Below are positions 1-10,592 of a stretch of DNA of 64,000 bases, in pieces. Where the stretch lies: NCBI GenBank assembly GCA_965207075.1, contig CBDBLO010000002.1, positions 1,376,001 to 1,440,000 on the forward strand. Direction: 5' to 3'. The stretch comes from Nitrosopumilus sp. (GTDB lineage Archaea > Thermoproteota > Nitrososphaeria > Nitrososphaerales > Nitrosopumilaceae). A program made the translations under genes and the position numbers. Numbering within the stretch: the first letter of the stretch is position 1; the number at the start of each line of letters is the position of its first letter. The notes below the pieces were generated by a model that was not told the origin of the DNA, searched no databases, and was given only the letters and a program-made list of their open reading frames with translations.

Positions 1-643
1 TTATGAGGGCCATGCGTATGTGGTCCGTGCCCTCCTTGTCCTCGCTTGCGGCGTAGATGCCGCCTGCGGCCAGTACCGACGCCTCTTCCATGGTCAGGTC
101 GTACGAGTAGTTCTTTTCCAGAAACTCCGTCACCTTGTCGGAGCCCGAGCCTATTGCGACCGCGTCGTACGCGATGTACGTGCCGCTCGGGTCGGTAAGG
201 AAGAGCTGCGGGGTCGAATCTACGACGCCGCCCAGTATGAGCGCGACCCCGAACGGCCGCACGCCCCCGTACTGCGTGTACTGTTGGGACTGGTCTGCAA
301 GGTGCTTTGCAATGGTCTCGACCGTCACGGGCTCGTCGTATATGATACGGTTGCTCTGGGAGAAGAAGCGGGCGTTGTCCACCTGGCTTCTCGCATCAGG
401 TATGTATCCTGCCGCCGCGATCCCCACATGGTCGTCGACTTGGAATATCTTTTGAGCAGACGATGATATCTGGAGTTTCTTTGTCCTCTCCTCTACTGCA
501 ATGACGATTCCGTCCTTGCACTTGATCCCGAGCGCGACGGTTCCGCGCCGTACGGTCTCGATGGCATACTCGACCTGGTACAGGCGGCCGTCCGGGGAGA
601 ATATCGTTATGGCCCTGTCATAACCCTGCTGTGCCGGAAGCAT
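1..643 (-). CDS. psmA: Proteasome alpha subunit (3' end runs off window)
   Basis: Minus-strand translation from ATG 643 is MLPAQQGYDRAITIFSPDGRLYQVEYA..., the alpha-subunit N-terminal signature. Not in the ORF track because it lacks a stop in the window. Confidence 0.95.
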   Translation of the reverse strand, partial: MLPAQQGYDRAITIFSPDGRLYQVEYAIETVRRGTVALGIKCKDGIVIAVEERTKKLQISSSAQKIFQVDDHVGIAAAGYIPDARSQVDNARFFSQSNRIIYDEPVTVETIAKHLADQSQQYTQYGGVRPFGVALILGGVVDSTPQLFLTDPSGTYIAYDAVAIGSGSDKVTEFLEKNYSYDLTMEEASVLAAGGIYAASEDKEGTDHIRMALI

Positions 644-876
644 ACACGCGGATTGGAGGATCTCGTCAATTTAAGCCATGGCTTTGGCACGGCGGGAACC
701 GCCTGCGGCGGCGTGTCGCGCAGCTGCTGTTACTGCAGGGAACAGATGCCTGCACGCTCAGCGGATGCTGGACCCTGTCTCCTCCTCCTCCTCTGCTTCT
801 TCTCCACCGCTCACGCCGTCCGGCGCATTCGGCGCACGCCTGCCCTCAACCGGCATTACCTAATGGCGGACTGCCG

Positions 877-1095
877 CTATTCTCCGCGAGCAAGCCGCCA
901 GCTCATCTGTGACGGCTTGGCCGTTATGTTGTTATGCCCATATCTCGTGTGCCTCTCCTCGTGGCGGCGCTTTCTGGCATCCTGCGCAAAGTCCGCGGGA
1001 AGGCGCTGGCCGCACAGGGAGCAGATCCACTGCCCCCCTTGCCGCGCGTGCGCCTTTCTGCTGTCTCCCGGCGCGTCGGCCGCTACGTCATCCAC
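877..1095 (-). CDS. Possible small zinc-finger-like protein
   Basis: WICSLCGQRL...RHEERH gives a CxxC...HxxxH pattern in 72 aa. Confidence 0.35.
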   Translation of the reverse strand: MDDVAADAPGDSRKAHARQGGQWICSLCGQRLPADFAQDARKRRHEERHTRYGHNNITAKPSQMSWRLARGE

Positions 1096-1320
1096 TCCGG
1101 TCCTCTCCCGTTCTCATCCTGCAGTCACGCGCCGTTGGCCTGCCGGGGCCTCCTGCGGATCTCATGCCGCGGGCGCCCCAACTGGCACAGTACATGTGTA
1201 CGCGGCAGGTCCGCGGCCTAAAAAAAGATTGCAGCAGGAGTCCGGATGCCGCGAGCCCTCCCTTTCCTCGTCCTTCCTCCCCCACCAAGGTTTAATTCCA
1301 CACACTGGCCGCGTCCGTTT

Positions 1321-1734
1321 ATGCGGTTTGAAGTGGGCTTCTGCGGCCACCCAAACGTACTCTCGACTCACAAGAAGACGATCGAGATTACGAGGGAGGC
1401 GGCGCTGACGCCGCGCGGCGACTGCATAGTGGGCGTCGGTGCCGAGTCGGCGTGCGCCGATCTGCCCGACGAGCTCAAGAGCAGGCTCCGCGATCCCGGC
1501 AGGCCGGTGCGCATCGCAATAGAGGTGGGAGGCCTCAGGTTTGAGGCAGAGGGCGTGGGGCACAAAGGCCTCACGCTGACGCACGCGTCCGACATCGTAG
1601 TCCGGAAGAGCAGGTTTGTATGCCCGCGCACGCTTGCGGTGGGGTTTGACAAGGCCTCTGACGACGTTCCGCGCGACATGGTGCGCCTGCTCCGTGATTC
1701 CGGCGCGCGCGGAGTGTTCTCAATAGAGACATGA
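1321..1734 (+). CDS. DUF371 family protein
   Basis: GHPNVLSTHKKTIEIT...TPRGDCIVGV...DIVVRKS...RTLAV..DKA motifs; ATG at 1321. Confidence 0.85.
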   Translation: MRFEVGFCGHPNVLSTHKKTIEITREAALTPRGDCIVGVGAESACADLPDELKSRLRDPGRPVRIAIEVGGLRFEAEGVGHKGLTLTHASDIVVRKSRFVCPRTLAVGFDKASDDVPRDMVRLLRDSGARGVFSIET

Positions 1735-1766
1735 TGGATTTTATACTTGGACGGCCCCGCCATGCC

Positions 1767-1886
1767 ATGGGCCTCAAGACAAAGATCTTTTTGCTCATAC
1801 CGCTCGGGGTGTTTGCCTCCGTGATACTTGGATTCGGAATGTACATGACCTTGTGCAAGAACTCCAACATTCCTCTCTCCTGCTAG
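1767..1886 (+). CDS. Small single-TM membrane protein (39 aa)
   Basis: MGLKTKIFLLIPLGVFASVILGFGMYMTLCKNSNIPLSC, read manually; below the ORF-track cutoff. Confidence 0.5.
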   Translation: MGLKTKIFLLIPLGVFASVILGFGMYMTLCKNSNIPLSC

Positions 1887-1918
1887 CACATTATATGGGG
1901 CGGGCGCGGCACGCTGTC

Positions 1919-2257
1919 ATGGCGCCTGACGACAGCATACGGCCGCCTCCGGACGCGACAGAGTCCCAAATAGACGAGATCCGGCGCCTGATGGCGCTGA
2001 TGCCAGCAGACAGCGTGCTGTCGGGGCTGCGGTTTGCCCACAGCAGGTGGGCCGCCAAGGATGCCGGACAGCTAAAGGTGGGCCGCAAGAGCTTGATACG
2101 CGAAGAGGTGCATTCCGTGTCGTCTGAGCAGGCCCGCTGGAGGCTTGCAAACTGGAAGACCATGATCGCCGAGTATCGGAGAAAGGGGTACAGCTATCCG
2201 AGCATATCCAGAATCAAGAAGCTGCTTGTAGAGAAGGCGGGCGAGCCGGCAAAGTAG
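1919..2257 (+). CDS. Hypothetical protein
   Basis: Well-formed ORF (GRKSLIREEVH...YRRKGYSYPSISRIKK) resembling a conserved thaumarchaeal small protein. Confidence 0.65.
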   Translation: MAPDDSIRPPPDATESQIDEIRRLMALMPADSVLSGLRFAHSRWAAKDAGQLKVGRKSLIREEVHSVSSEQARWRLANWKTMIAEYRRKGYSYPSISRIKKLLVEKAGEPAK

Positions 2258-2317
2258 GGCGGCCTGCGATCTGTCACTGCATCCTGTTGCGCGCGTGGCT
2301 TTGAATGCGCCTGGCGA

Positions 2318-3244
2318 TCACATCGGGATGATCTCTTTCTTTTTGCTCTGCTGCTCGGCGGCGGCACGAGGTGCGGGTTGCTGCTGTTGCGGTGGCGGTG
2401 GCGGCGGTGGCGCGGATTGCTGCTGCGAAATGTTGAACTGAGTAGGCTGCTGTTGAGGCGGGGGCCGTATCTGAGATACCTGTTGTTGCCGCGGCGGTTG
2501 CTGCTGCTGCTGCTGCGGCTGCGGTGGCAAGATGTTTGGACCTTCCGCCGCATCCATCTCTATGTTCGGAACCGACTGCAGCATGTCACTGGCAGAGGCT
2601 GCGGCTGCTGCTGCCACTCCCGCCTTGCCGCTCTGAAACTCCGCCGGAACGTCCGGAAACGCGGTCTGTGCCTTCCCGACCATAACGTTGTGTGCCTCCT
2701 CCAGTATGGCGCGGGCCTCCTCGCTGCCCGCTCCCACCTCCACGCCGGTGCACATCGCGCCCATGGACGATCCATCTATCACGTCCCCGAGCATCTCTGA
2801 GAGATCGTTCATGGAGGAGCTTGCCTGTGGCATTATGCCGCTTAGGGACGGCGCCAGCCCGCGTATCAACGACATGCACGGGCTTAGCGTGACCACCACG
2901 TCGCCGAATTCGGTTACCGTGTCGAGCCTTATCTTTACCTGCTCAAGGGAGAGTTTCGCGCCGTTTACCATCGTGAGCATCTTGCGCACCTGGCCCAGTT
3001 CCTGCGCATACGCCCTCGCGTACCGTATCTGGTTCCTGCGCTGCGCGTGCATCACCTTTTGGAATATCGTGTCGTGTATCTTTTGCATCTTGCCGCGGGC
3101 CACGTCGAGCTTTGCAATCTGTATGTCGAATTCGCGCTGGGCGCCGGCAATCCTCTTTGTAAGCGGCTCTTCGCTCTTTACCTTGTCAAACATCCTCTTT
3201 GAGATGCTCTTGCGGCCTGCATTGTCCCAGGAATCCCTTAGCAT
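2318..3244 (-). CDS. cdvB: ESCRT-III / Snf7-family cell division protein (CdvB paralog) with Pro/Gln-rich tail
   Basis: Snf7 coiled coil (ARAYAQELGQVRKM...LEQVKIRLDTV.EFGD...EEARAILEEA); start set at ATG 3244. Paralog identity uncertain. Confidence 0.85.
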   Translation of the reverse strand: MLRDSWDNAGRKSISKRMFDKVKSEEPLTKRIAGAQREFDIQIAKLDVARGKMQKIHDTIFQKVMHAQRRNQIRYARAYAQELGQVRKMLTMVNGAKLSLEQVKIRLDTVTEFGDVVVTLSPCMSLIRGLAPSLSGIMPQASSSMNDLSEMLGDVIDGSSMGAMCTGVEVGAGSEEARAILEEAHNVMVGKAQTAFPDVPAEFQSGKAGVAAAAAASASDMLQSVPNIEMDAAEGPNILPPQPQQQQQQPPRQQQVSQIRPPPQQQPTQFNISQQQSAPPPPPPPQQQQPAPRAAAEQQSKKKEIIPM

Positions 3245-3294
3245 TTGATCTGCTTTACAAAATACGTTAAAAGCGTGGCTGTCACCGCGCCTAC

Positions 3295-3310
3295 TGTAAC
3301 CGTGGTTACA
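3295..3310. promoter_or_regulatory. Palindrome TGTAACC-GT-GGTTACA upstream of the cdvB promoter
   Basis: Perfect 7-bp arms about 20 bp upstream of a minus-strand TTTTAA box (~3267-3272). Confidence 0.4.
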
Positions 3311-3407
3311 CGTACGCGCGGTTAATGGCGTGAGGGGGGAGTGGGTGGAGGAGGAGGAGGAGATACAGCGGCGCCAGCATGCGGCGCGGGACGCGGCCCG
3401 GACGGCG

Positions 3408-4538
3408 TCATCCGAACGTGAACGTGAATATCTCAAAGCCGCCCCCGTTGTCTATCTGCAGCTCAATCTCATGCGTGGAGCTGGACTCGGCGCTTACCAC
3501 GTTGTACAGGCGCGGCTCGTCAGTCGCGATCAGTCCCGTATCGGGATCGACGTCGTGCCCCGCAATGTCCGGACTGATGGGGGCGCCGTCGACTAGCACC
3601 CGTATCACGCCGGCCCCGGCCGTCACGATGTTGACCTCCTTTGCGCTGTACTTTAGCAGCACGCTCCCGTCCTCCCCGTCCGGGAGGCTCATGCCGTCGC
3701 GCCCGTTGGTCCACGTCCCGACCATGTAGAACTTGTTGTGCTCCACGCCGTCTGGGCGCTCGTACTCTATCGTCCGGCCCGGATTGAACCCCTCGCTGCT
3801 GCCAAGGTTGTTGCGGTTCTGGGCGAAATAGTATCCAAAGTACAGCTCCGGCGTCCTGAATGCCGTGTGCTGGAACTCGTCAATGTCCACGAGCGGCTCG
3901 GCCGCGGCGGCCTGCACTCCGAGGGCCGCGGCGCGCTCGGCGAGCAGCTTCTGTATGACGCGCTCCGTCTCCTGGTATCCGCCCTCGCCTATCCTGTCAT
4001 ACCTGACGTACCCCTCGTGGTCGGCCACGTACTTGCGTGGCCAGTACCTGTTCTCAAACGCGTCCCACGTCTCCCAGTCGTTGTCGAGCACAACGGGATA
4101 CACGATGCCGTGCTTTTCAACTGCCCTTCTGACGTTGTCGACGTCCTTTTCAAACTCGAACTCCGGCGAGTGTACGCCTACTATCAGCAGCCCCTGGTCC
4201 GCATACTTTTCGTCCCACGCCGTGATGTACGGCAGGGTCCGCAGGCAGTTTATGCAGCTGTACGTCCATATGTCGTACAGTACGACGCTGTCGCCGATCC
4301 TGGACTCCAGCTCCTCGGGCGTGGTGTTCAGATAGTGCGCTATGCCCACCAAGTCGGGCGCCATCTTGAAGCGGGACTTGTCGACTGCCGGGGCGGACTG
4401 CTGCGCGTCGGGGTCCCCGCCTGCGGCCACCGTGGGAGCCGGTTCCGAGTCGAGCGCCGTGAACGCGATGCTTGCAACGGCGAGCCCCACTGCAATGACG
4501 CCCCCGAGTACTATTGCTGTCCTTACCTCTGGTCTCAT
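3408..4538 (-). CDS. Membrane-anchored redoxin (DipZ C-terminal-like thioredoxin)
   Basis: N-terminal TM; WTYSCINC; GVHSPEFEFEK; TPELYFG; ends FTFTFG. Confidence 0.9.
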   Translation of the reverse strand: MRPEVRTAIVLGGVIAVGLAVASIAFTALDSEPAPTVAAGGDPDAQQSAPAVDKSRFKMAPDLVGIAHYLNTTPEELESRIGDSVVLYDIWTYSCINCLRTLPYITAWDEKYADQGLLIVGVHSPEFEFEKDVDNVRRAVEKHGIVYPVVLDNDWETWDAFENRYWPRKYVADHEGYVRYDRIGEGGYQETERVIQKLLAERAAALGVQAAAAEPLVDIDEFQHTAFRTPELYFGYYFAQNRNNLGSSEGFNPGRTIEYERPDGVEHNKFYMVGTWTNGRDGMSLPDGEDGSVLLKYSAKEVNIVTAGAGVIRVLVDGAPISPDIAGHDVDPDTGLIATDEPRLYNVVSAESSSTHEIELQIDNGGGFEIFTFTFG

Positions 4539-4542
4539 TGCA

Positions 4543-5298
4543 TCACCCTAGGAACAGTAGCTCGTTGAGCAGCGGAAAGTTTGCAATCTGCGCAAGCTGG
4601 TTTGTGAGGACGAGGACGCCGAGCAGTATGATGAACCCTCCGAGCATCGGGTTGTAGTACTTTAGGTGCCTCGACATTGCGCGTATCATGCGGGTGGCCC
4701 TGGAATAGAACACGCCGATCAGTATGAACGGGATCCCAAGCCCCAGCGAGTAGACCAGCAGCAGGTTGAACGCCGCAGACGGCGTGGTTGCGGCAAGCGT
4801 AAGTATGGTGCCGAGTATGGGGCCAACGCACGGTGTCCACCCGACTGCAAAGGCGAGCCCGAACACGAACGACATGGGGTATCCGGTCTTTGCCCCCCTC
4901 GGGACGAACTTGCGCTCCACGTTGATCTGCCTTATCCAAGTCGAGAGCAGGAGAAACACGCCGAACGAGATTATTATGGCCCCCCCTACCGTGTTGAGTC
5001 CCTCGACCAGTTCCCCCGTATACTGCGACAGGACGCTGTTGATGAGCACGCCGAACACGGAGAACACCACGGAAAAGCCCAGAACGAAGAAGACAGAGTT
5101 CAGCACGATGCTGGCGCGGTTTATCGATACGGTCTTGGAGGCGCCGGACTGGGATCCGCCGCTGCCGCTCTGCGTGAGATCCGCAATGGTGGTGCCCGAT
5201 ATGTACGCCAGAAACGCAGGGATCATTGGAAGTATGCAGGGGGCCGCAAAGGATCCCATACCCGCAAGGGCCGCTATGGCAAGGTTGAGCTCCGTCAT
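4543..5298 (-). CDS. ccdA: CcdA / DsbD transmembrane disulfide reductase
   Basis: SFAAPCILPMIP and WTPCVGPILG motifs; about 6 TM helices. Confidence 0.92.
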   Translation of the reverse strand: MTELNLAIAALAGMGSFAAPCILPMIPAFLAYISGTTIADLTQSGSGGSQSGASKTVSINRASIVLNSVFFVLGFSVVFSVFGVLINSVLSQYTGELVEGLNTVGGAIIISFGVFLLLSTWIRQINVERKFVPRGAKTGYPMSFVFGLAFAVGWTPCVGPILGTILTLAATTPSAAFNLLLVYSLGLGIPFILIGVFYSRATRMIRAMSRHLKYYNPMLGGFIILLGVLVLTNQLAQIANFPLLNELLFLG

Positions 5299-5488
5299 GT
5301 GTATAAGAACGGCAAAAATGCATTAAAGAGTTATTCCAGATTCTGTTCCTTCTTGTCAGCCGTCGGCGGCCTTGCCTGCTCTGCGGGTCATACGCGCCCA
5401 AGGCGGCGGGCTTTGACAGTCACCAACGGTTGACGAGAAGCAGTCCTTCGACCATTTGCTTTTTATCGGAGATCACGCACGGGGCCCC

Positions 5489-5593
5489 ATGAACAAGAGG
5501 TTTGTCATAGTCGGCATAGCACTAGGCGTGGTAATCACCATTGCCGTGATAGTGGGCTCGCCCGCGCTTGGCGGGTTTGACATGATGCGCTGA
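5489..5593 (+). CDS. Small single-TM protein (34 aa)
   Basis: MNKRFVIVGIALGVVITIAVIVGSPALGGFDMMR; preceded by TTTTAT at ~5461. Confidence 0.55.
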   Translation: MNKRFVIVGIALGVVITIAVIVGSPALGGFDMMR

Positions 5594-5629
5594 TTCGGCC
5601 GCCGCCCCGGCGCGTGGCGCCGCGCAGCG

Positions 5630-6979
5630 TCATGCCAAAGCTGATTCCAGAGCCTCTCCTACGGCATCTATGTCCTTGTCCTCAAGCCAAGCAGTGGCCG
5701 ACATTCTGATCCGGGCCTCGCCGCGTGGTACCGTCGGGTATCTGATCGCGGGGGCGTACACGCCGGCCCTGTACAGGCGCTCCGAAACGTCCGCGGCGCG
5801 CCGCTCGTCTCCAACCATCACCGGCATGATGTGCGTGTGGGACTCGGTGGGATGTCCTGCCTCTGCAAGCGCCCCGGCCAGTCTCTTTACGTTGCGCGCC
5901 AACCTGGCCCTGCGACTGCGCATCACGTCTGACGCGAGCATCCTGCGGTATGCATGCTCTGCAAAGTATGACGGGAGGGCCGACGTGTATATGAACGCCC
6001 TCGAACGGTTGACGCACAGGTCTACAACGTCGCTGTCTGATGCCACGTACCCTCCAAACGAGCCGAGTCCCTTGCTGAGGCTGCTTGTATAGACGTGGGG
6101 CCCCCGTCCGTCGCGCGGGGAGATCCCCCGATACTCGAGGGTGCCGCCGCCCGTCTCCCCCAGCACAAAGTCGCCGTGGGCGTCGTCTACCATCATGACG
6201 GCGCCATGCCTGTCTGCCACGTCCCGCAACGGCCCCAGCGGCGCGACGTCCCCGTCCATGCTGAAGACCCCCTCCGTTATTATGACGACGCGCCCGCGTC
6301 CGTCGCCGGCGTGCGCGGAGATCTTGCGCTCCAGGTCGGCCACGTCGTTGTGGGCATATGTGACTGTTCGCGAGCCGCCTGCAAGCTTGCACCCGTCTAT
6401 TATGCTCGCGTGGTTGAGCTCGTCGCTAAATATGACGCTGCCGGCGGCGGCGCCCTTCTTTGCATCTCCCGCCGCTCCAAGTATCTGTATGGCCCCTATG
6501 TTGGCCATGTACCCTGTCGGGTAGGTTAGCGCGGCCTCGTACGACTTTGACTCGGCAAGCGCCTCCTCGAGCATCGCGTGGTGCGCGTCGCCGCCGGAAA
6601 GCAGCCGCGAGCTTGCCTGGACCTGCGCCGGTTCCCCAGGCCCGGCATCGTCCGGGCAGGTGCCGGCCCGGGAGCCGCCGCCTGGCGCCGTCCCCTTCCC
6701 ACTTCCGCGCCCCCCCATCCCGAGGTAGTCGTTTGAGCACAGGTTGATCAGCGCGCGCCCGTCGATTGTAATGTACTGCCCGCGGGTCTTCCCGTGCCGC
6801 AGCCGGCGGTACAGTCCTGCCTTTTCTGCCGCCCGGAGTGTCTCTGCTGCAAAAGAGGTGGCCCGTCTTGGCGGCGGCGGCGGCGGCGTGGGTGACGGGG
6901 GTGACTGGCGCGCCGCTCCTTTTGTCCCTCCAGGTTCCGGACCGTCCGCGGCCGGCGCGGAGGACAGATTTGATGCCAT
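5630..6979 (-). CDS. bioF: 8-amino-7-oxononanoate synthase
   Basis: NLCSNDYLG, DELNHASIIDG, TEGVFSMDGD, DDAHG, SLSKGLG (PLP Lys); lies in the bio cluster. Confidence 0.93.
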   Translation of the reverse strand: MASNLSSAPAADGPEPGGTKGAARQSPPSPTPPPPPPRRATSFAAETLRAAEKAGLYRRLRHGKTRGQYITIDGRALINLCSNDYLGMGGRGSGKGTAPGGGSRAGTCPDDAGPGEPAQVQASSRLLSGGDAHHAMLEEALAESKSYEAALTYPTGYMANIGAIQILGAAGDAKKGAAAGSVIFSDELNHASIIDGCKLAGGSRTVTYAHNDVADLERKISAHAGDGRGRVVIITEGVFSMDGDVAPLGPLRDVADRHGAVMMVDDAHGDFVLGETGGGTLEYRGISPRDGRGPHVYTSSLSKGLGSFGGYVASDSDVVDLCVNRSRAFIYTSALPSYFAEHAYRRMLASDVMRSRRARLARNVKRLAGALAEAGHPTESHTHIMPVMVGDERRAADVSERLYRAGVYAPAIRYPTVPRGEARIRMSATAWLEDKDIDAVGEALESALA

Positions 6980-7006
6980 CTTGCGCCGCTCGTCCCCCTC
7001 GGCCGG

Positions 7007-8029
7007 TCACTGCTGCCTGAGGCCGATCTCCTCGATCATCGCCCTGTCCCTGCCCGCGTCGTTGCCCGGACTGGTCAGGTATCCCCCCGTGATGATGCCG
7101 TTGGCGCCCCCGAGCAGCAGCCTCTTTCCGTCATCGTCAAGCGTCTCCTCGCGGCCCCCGGATATCTTTATGATGGAATCCGGCAGGACGAACCGCAGCA
7201 CCGCAAACACCCTGACAATCTCGGACTCTGGCAGCCGCACCTGAAGCTCAAGCGGGGTGCCCGGGACGGGCACCAGCATGTTTATCGTGACCTCCTCGGG
7301 GCGTATGCGCGCAAGCTCCATGACCAGCTCCAGCCTCTGAGCCCGGGTCTCGCCCATCCCGATTATCCCGCCGGTGCAGAGCTCCAGCCCGGCCTCCCTT
7401 GCAATCGCCAGGGTGTCGAGCCTGTCCTGGTACGTGTGGGTGGTGCATATCTCGGGGAATTTTGAACGGGAGGTCTCCAGGTTGTGGTTGTACCTGCGCA
7501 CGCCCAGCTCTTTGAGCGCCTTGGCCTGCTGCGCGGTAAGGAACCCCAGGCTGCACTCGACGGGTATCCCGACCTCTGTGTTTATGCGCCGTATGATGCG
7601 GCACACGTCCTCAAAGTCCCTTCTTGAGGGCTGTCGCCACGCAGCCACCAGGCAGTACGAGTCGGCCCCCTCGTCCCTTGCGCGCCTCGCGGACTCTACA
7701 ATCTCCCCGGCGGGGGGAAGCTCGTACGTGTCTATGCCCGTGTCGAACAGGGCCGACTGGGCGCAGAACGAGCAGTTCTCGCTGCAGGCGTTCTTCTTTA
7801 TGTTTGCCAGCTGCTCCACGTCCACGGACCTGCCGCCAAGGTCGCGCGTTATCTCGTTTGCGGCATCGGCGAGGTCTCCGAGCGCCGAGTCCGGCACGTT
7901 GAACAGGGCGGCGGCCGACTCGGAGGATATCCCCATCCCCGCAAAGATATCTTCAAGGCAGGATGATACAAGGGCGCGTGGGTCGCCTGCCTGCCCGTTG
8001 CCGTCTGATTCGCCAAAGCGCCGCGTCAT
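7007..8029 (-). CDS. bioB: Biotin synthase
   Basis: Radical SAM CSENCSFC, YNHNLETS, LCTGGIIGMGE, SGGRE, GGYLT. Confidence 0.96.
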   Translation of the reverse strand: MTRRFGESDGNGQAGDPRALVSSCLEDIFAGMGISSESAAALFNVPDSALGDLADAANEITRDLGGRSVDVEQLANIKKNACSENCSFCAQSALFDTGIDTYELPPAGEIVESARRARDEGADSYCLVAAWRQPSRRDFEDVCRIIRRINTEVGIPVECSLGFLTAQQAKALKELGVRRYNHNLETSRSKFPEICTTHTYQDRLDTLAIAREAGLELCTGGIIGMGETRAQRLELVMELARIRPEEVTINMLVPVPGTPLELQVRLPESEIVRVFAVLRFVLPDSIIKISGGREETLDDDGKRLLLGGANGIITGGYLTSPGNDAGRDRAMIEEIGLRQQ

Positions 8030-8189
8030 GGTTTACGCCTTGAGATCATTCAAAACCTCTTATAATGCATTGGGGGAGGGGGGGCGCCCCCACGGCGCGC
8101 CGTCCCCGTCCCTTCCCCCCGCCCCATACCCAGGCGCGCGGTTCGGACTCATCCGAGCTCCGATCATGAGCCGGTTGCACCTCCGGCCG

Positions 8190-9590
8190 TCACGTACACA
8201 GCAGGAAGGAGGGAGCCGCGTCCCCGATGGTCTTTGCCGTCCTTTCCACCAGCATGTCGATCTCCGACGCGGTTATTGCAAGCGGAGGCACCAGCATTAC
8301 GACGTTCCCAAGCGTGCGCAGATACACGCCGTTTCTTCTGCCCGCCTCGTATATGATGCGGTTAATCGACGCCGCTGGACGCGCCGGATCGGCGGCGCTG
8401 CCCCTGCCGGCGGCCAGCTCGATTCCAGCCAACAGTCCCCTGCACCTGATCTCGCCGACGGCCTCCACGCCCGACAGGTGCTCGGCAATCCGGTCTGCCA
8501 GTACCTTTGAGGCCTTTGACACGTGGGATACCATGTCGTATTTCTTGTACATCGAAAGGTTCTTGTTTGCCGCCGCCGCCGCAATCGGGTTTCCCGCAAA
8601 CGTGTGGCCGTGGAACAGGTGACGCTGCTCGTCGTACGCGCCGAGAAACGATTCGTACACCCTTCTTGTGGCCAGGGTGGCCGCAAGCGGGAGGTACCCC
8701 CCCGTCAGCATCTTTCCGTACGCTACGATGTCCGGCTTTGAGCGCTCGGCCGAGTACACGCACATGGGCCCCAGCCTGCCAAATCCCGTGGCTACCTCGT
8801 CGACGATCAGCAGTATGTCGTTCTCCCTGCAGATGCCGCTGACCTCTTCTTGGAACGACGGCTCGAAGATCCGGGCGCCGCCGGCCATCTGGGCCCCGCT
8901 CTCCATTATCACGGCGGCAACCTCGCCCCTTCGGGCCGACAGGGTGTCGGATATGCCCTCGATGCACCGCTGCAGCGCATCTGGCGCCGGCGCCGTTGCC
9001 GCCGCCGCGCCGTTGCCGCCGCCGCCGCAGCTCACGCCGCCCTGCACCGGAACCGGCAGCTCTATTGCGTCAAACATGTGCTGCCTGTACCTGTCAAAGA
9101 ACTCCGGCACGTGCCCCGCCGACATGGCCCCGAACGTGTCGCCGTGGTATCCGCGCTCAAGAGACGCGATCGCAGTGCGCCCCGCATCCCCCTCGTTTGT
9201 CCAGTACTGGAACGCCACCTTTACCGCGGTCTCCACTGCCGACGAGCCGTTCTCAGAGTACAGCACGCGGTGCATTCCCGGCGACATGCCCACCAGGCCG
9301 CGGGCCAGTTTTTCTGCCGGCTCGTGGGTCAGGTTGAACAGGGGCGAGTGCTGCAGTTTTTCAGCCTGCCTCGCAATGGCGCGCACCATCTCCCCGTTGG
9401 AGTGCCCCCACACGTTGCACCACATGGAGGCGACCCCGTCCATCATCCTGAAGCCCTTTGAGTCCGTAAGCCAGACCCCGTCGCCCCGGGATATCGAGTC
9501 AAACACGTCCCACTCGGACATCTGCGTGTTTGGATGCCACACGTTTGATGCCCCCGGCCTCATGATGGATGGGCAGGCTCCCTCTTCCAA
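8190..9590 (-). CDS. bioA: Adenosylmethionine-8-amino-7-oxononanoate aminotransferase
   Basis: VWHPNTQM, SMWCNVWGH, YHGDTFG, DEVATGFGR, GKMLTGGYLP, HGHTFAGNP. Confidence 0.95.
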   Translation of the reverse strand: MEEGACPSIMRPGASNVWHPNTQMSEWDVFDSISRGDGVWLTDSKGFRMMDGVASMWCNVWGHSNGEMVRAIARQAEKLQHSPLFNLTHEPAEKLARGLVGMSPGMHRVLYSENGSSAVETAVKVAFQYWTNEGDAGRTAIASLERGYHGDTFGAMSAGHVPEFFDRYRQHMFDAIELPVPVQGGVSCGGGGNGAAAATAPAPDALQRCIEGISDTLSARRGEVAAVIMESGAQMAGGARIFEPSFQEEVSGICRENDILLIVDEVATGFGRLGPMCVYSAERSKPDIVAYGKMLTGGYLPLAATLATRRVYESFLGAYDEQRHLFHGHTFAGNPIAAAAANKNLSMYKKYDMVSHVSKASKVLADRIAEHLSGVEAVGEIRCRGLLAGIELAAGRGSAADPARPAASINRIIYEAGRRNGVYLRTLGNVVMLVPPLAITASEIDMLVERTAKTIGDAAPSFLLCT

Positions 9591-9797
9591 TATAAACAGA
9601 ATTCTGCGCTGCTGCTGCTGCTGCCGTTACAATAGCAGTCGGGCGTGCCAGATACGGACGGGGGCAGGGCGCGCACGCCGCGCCAAGGCCGGTTTGCATG
9701 CCCGTAAAGCCCGGACGTGGCTCTCCCCCAATTGGACGGCGCCGCGGCTTTGGTGAGAAAAGTTTGGCAGCACGAAGCCTACCGATTGAGTCATTAA

Positions 9798-10589
<792 letters not shown>

Positions 10590-10592
10590 TCG

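Noticed and set aside
8029-8070. BirA operator before bioB (GGTTTAC…AAAACC)
   Set aside because: Half-sites are in the opposite orientation to the TGTAAACC-N-GGTTTACA consensus.
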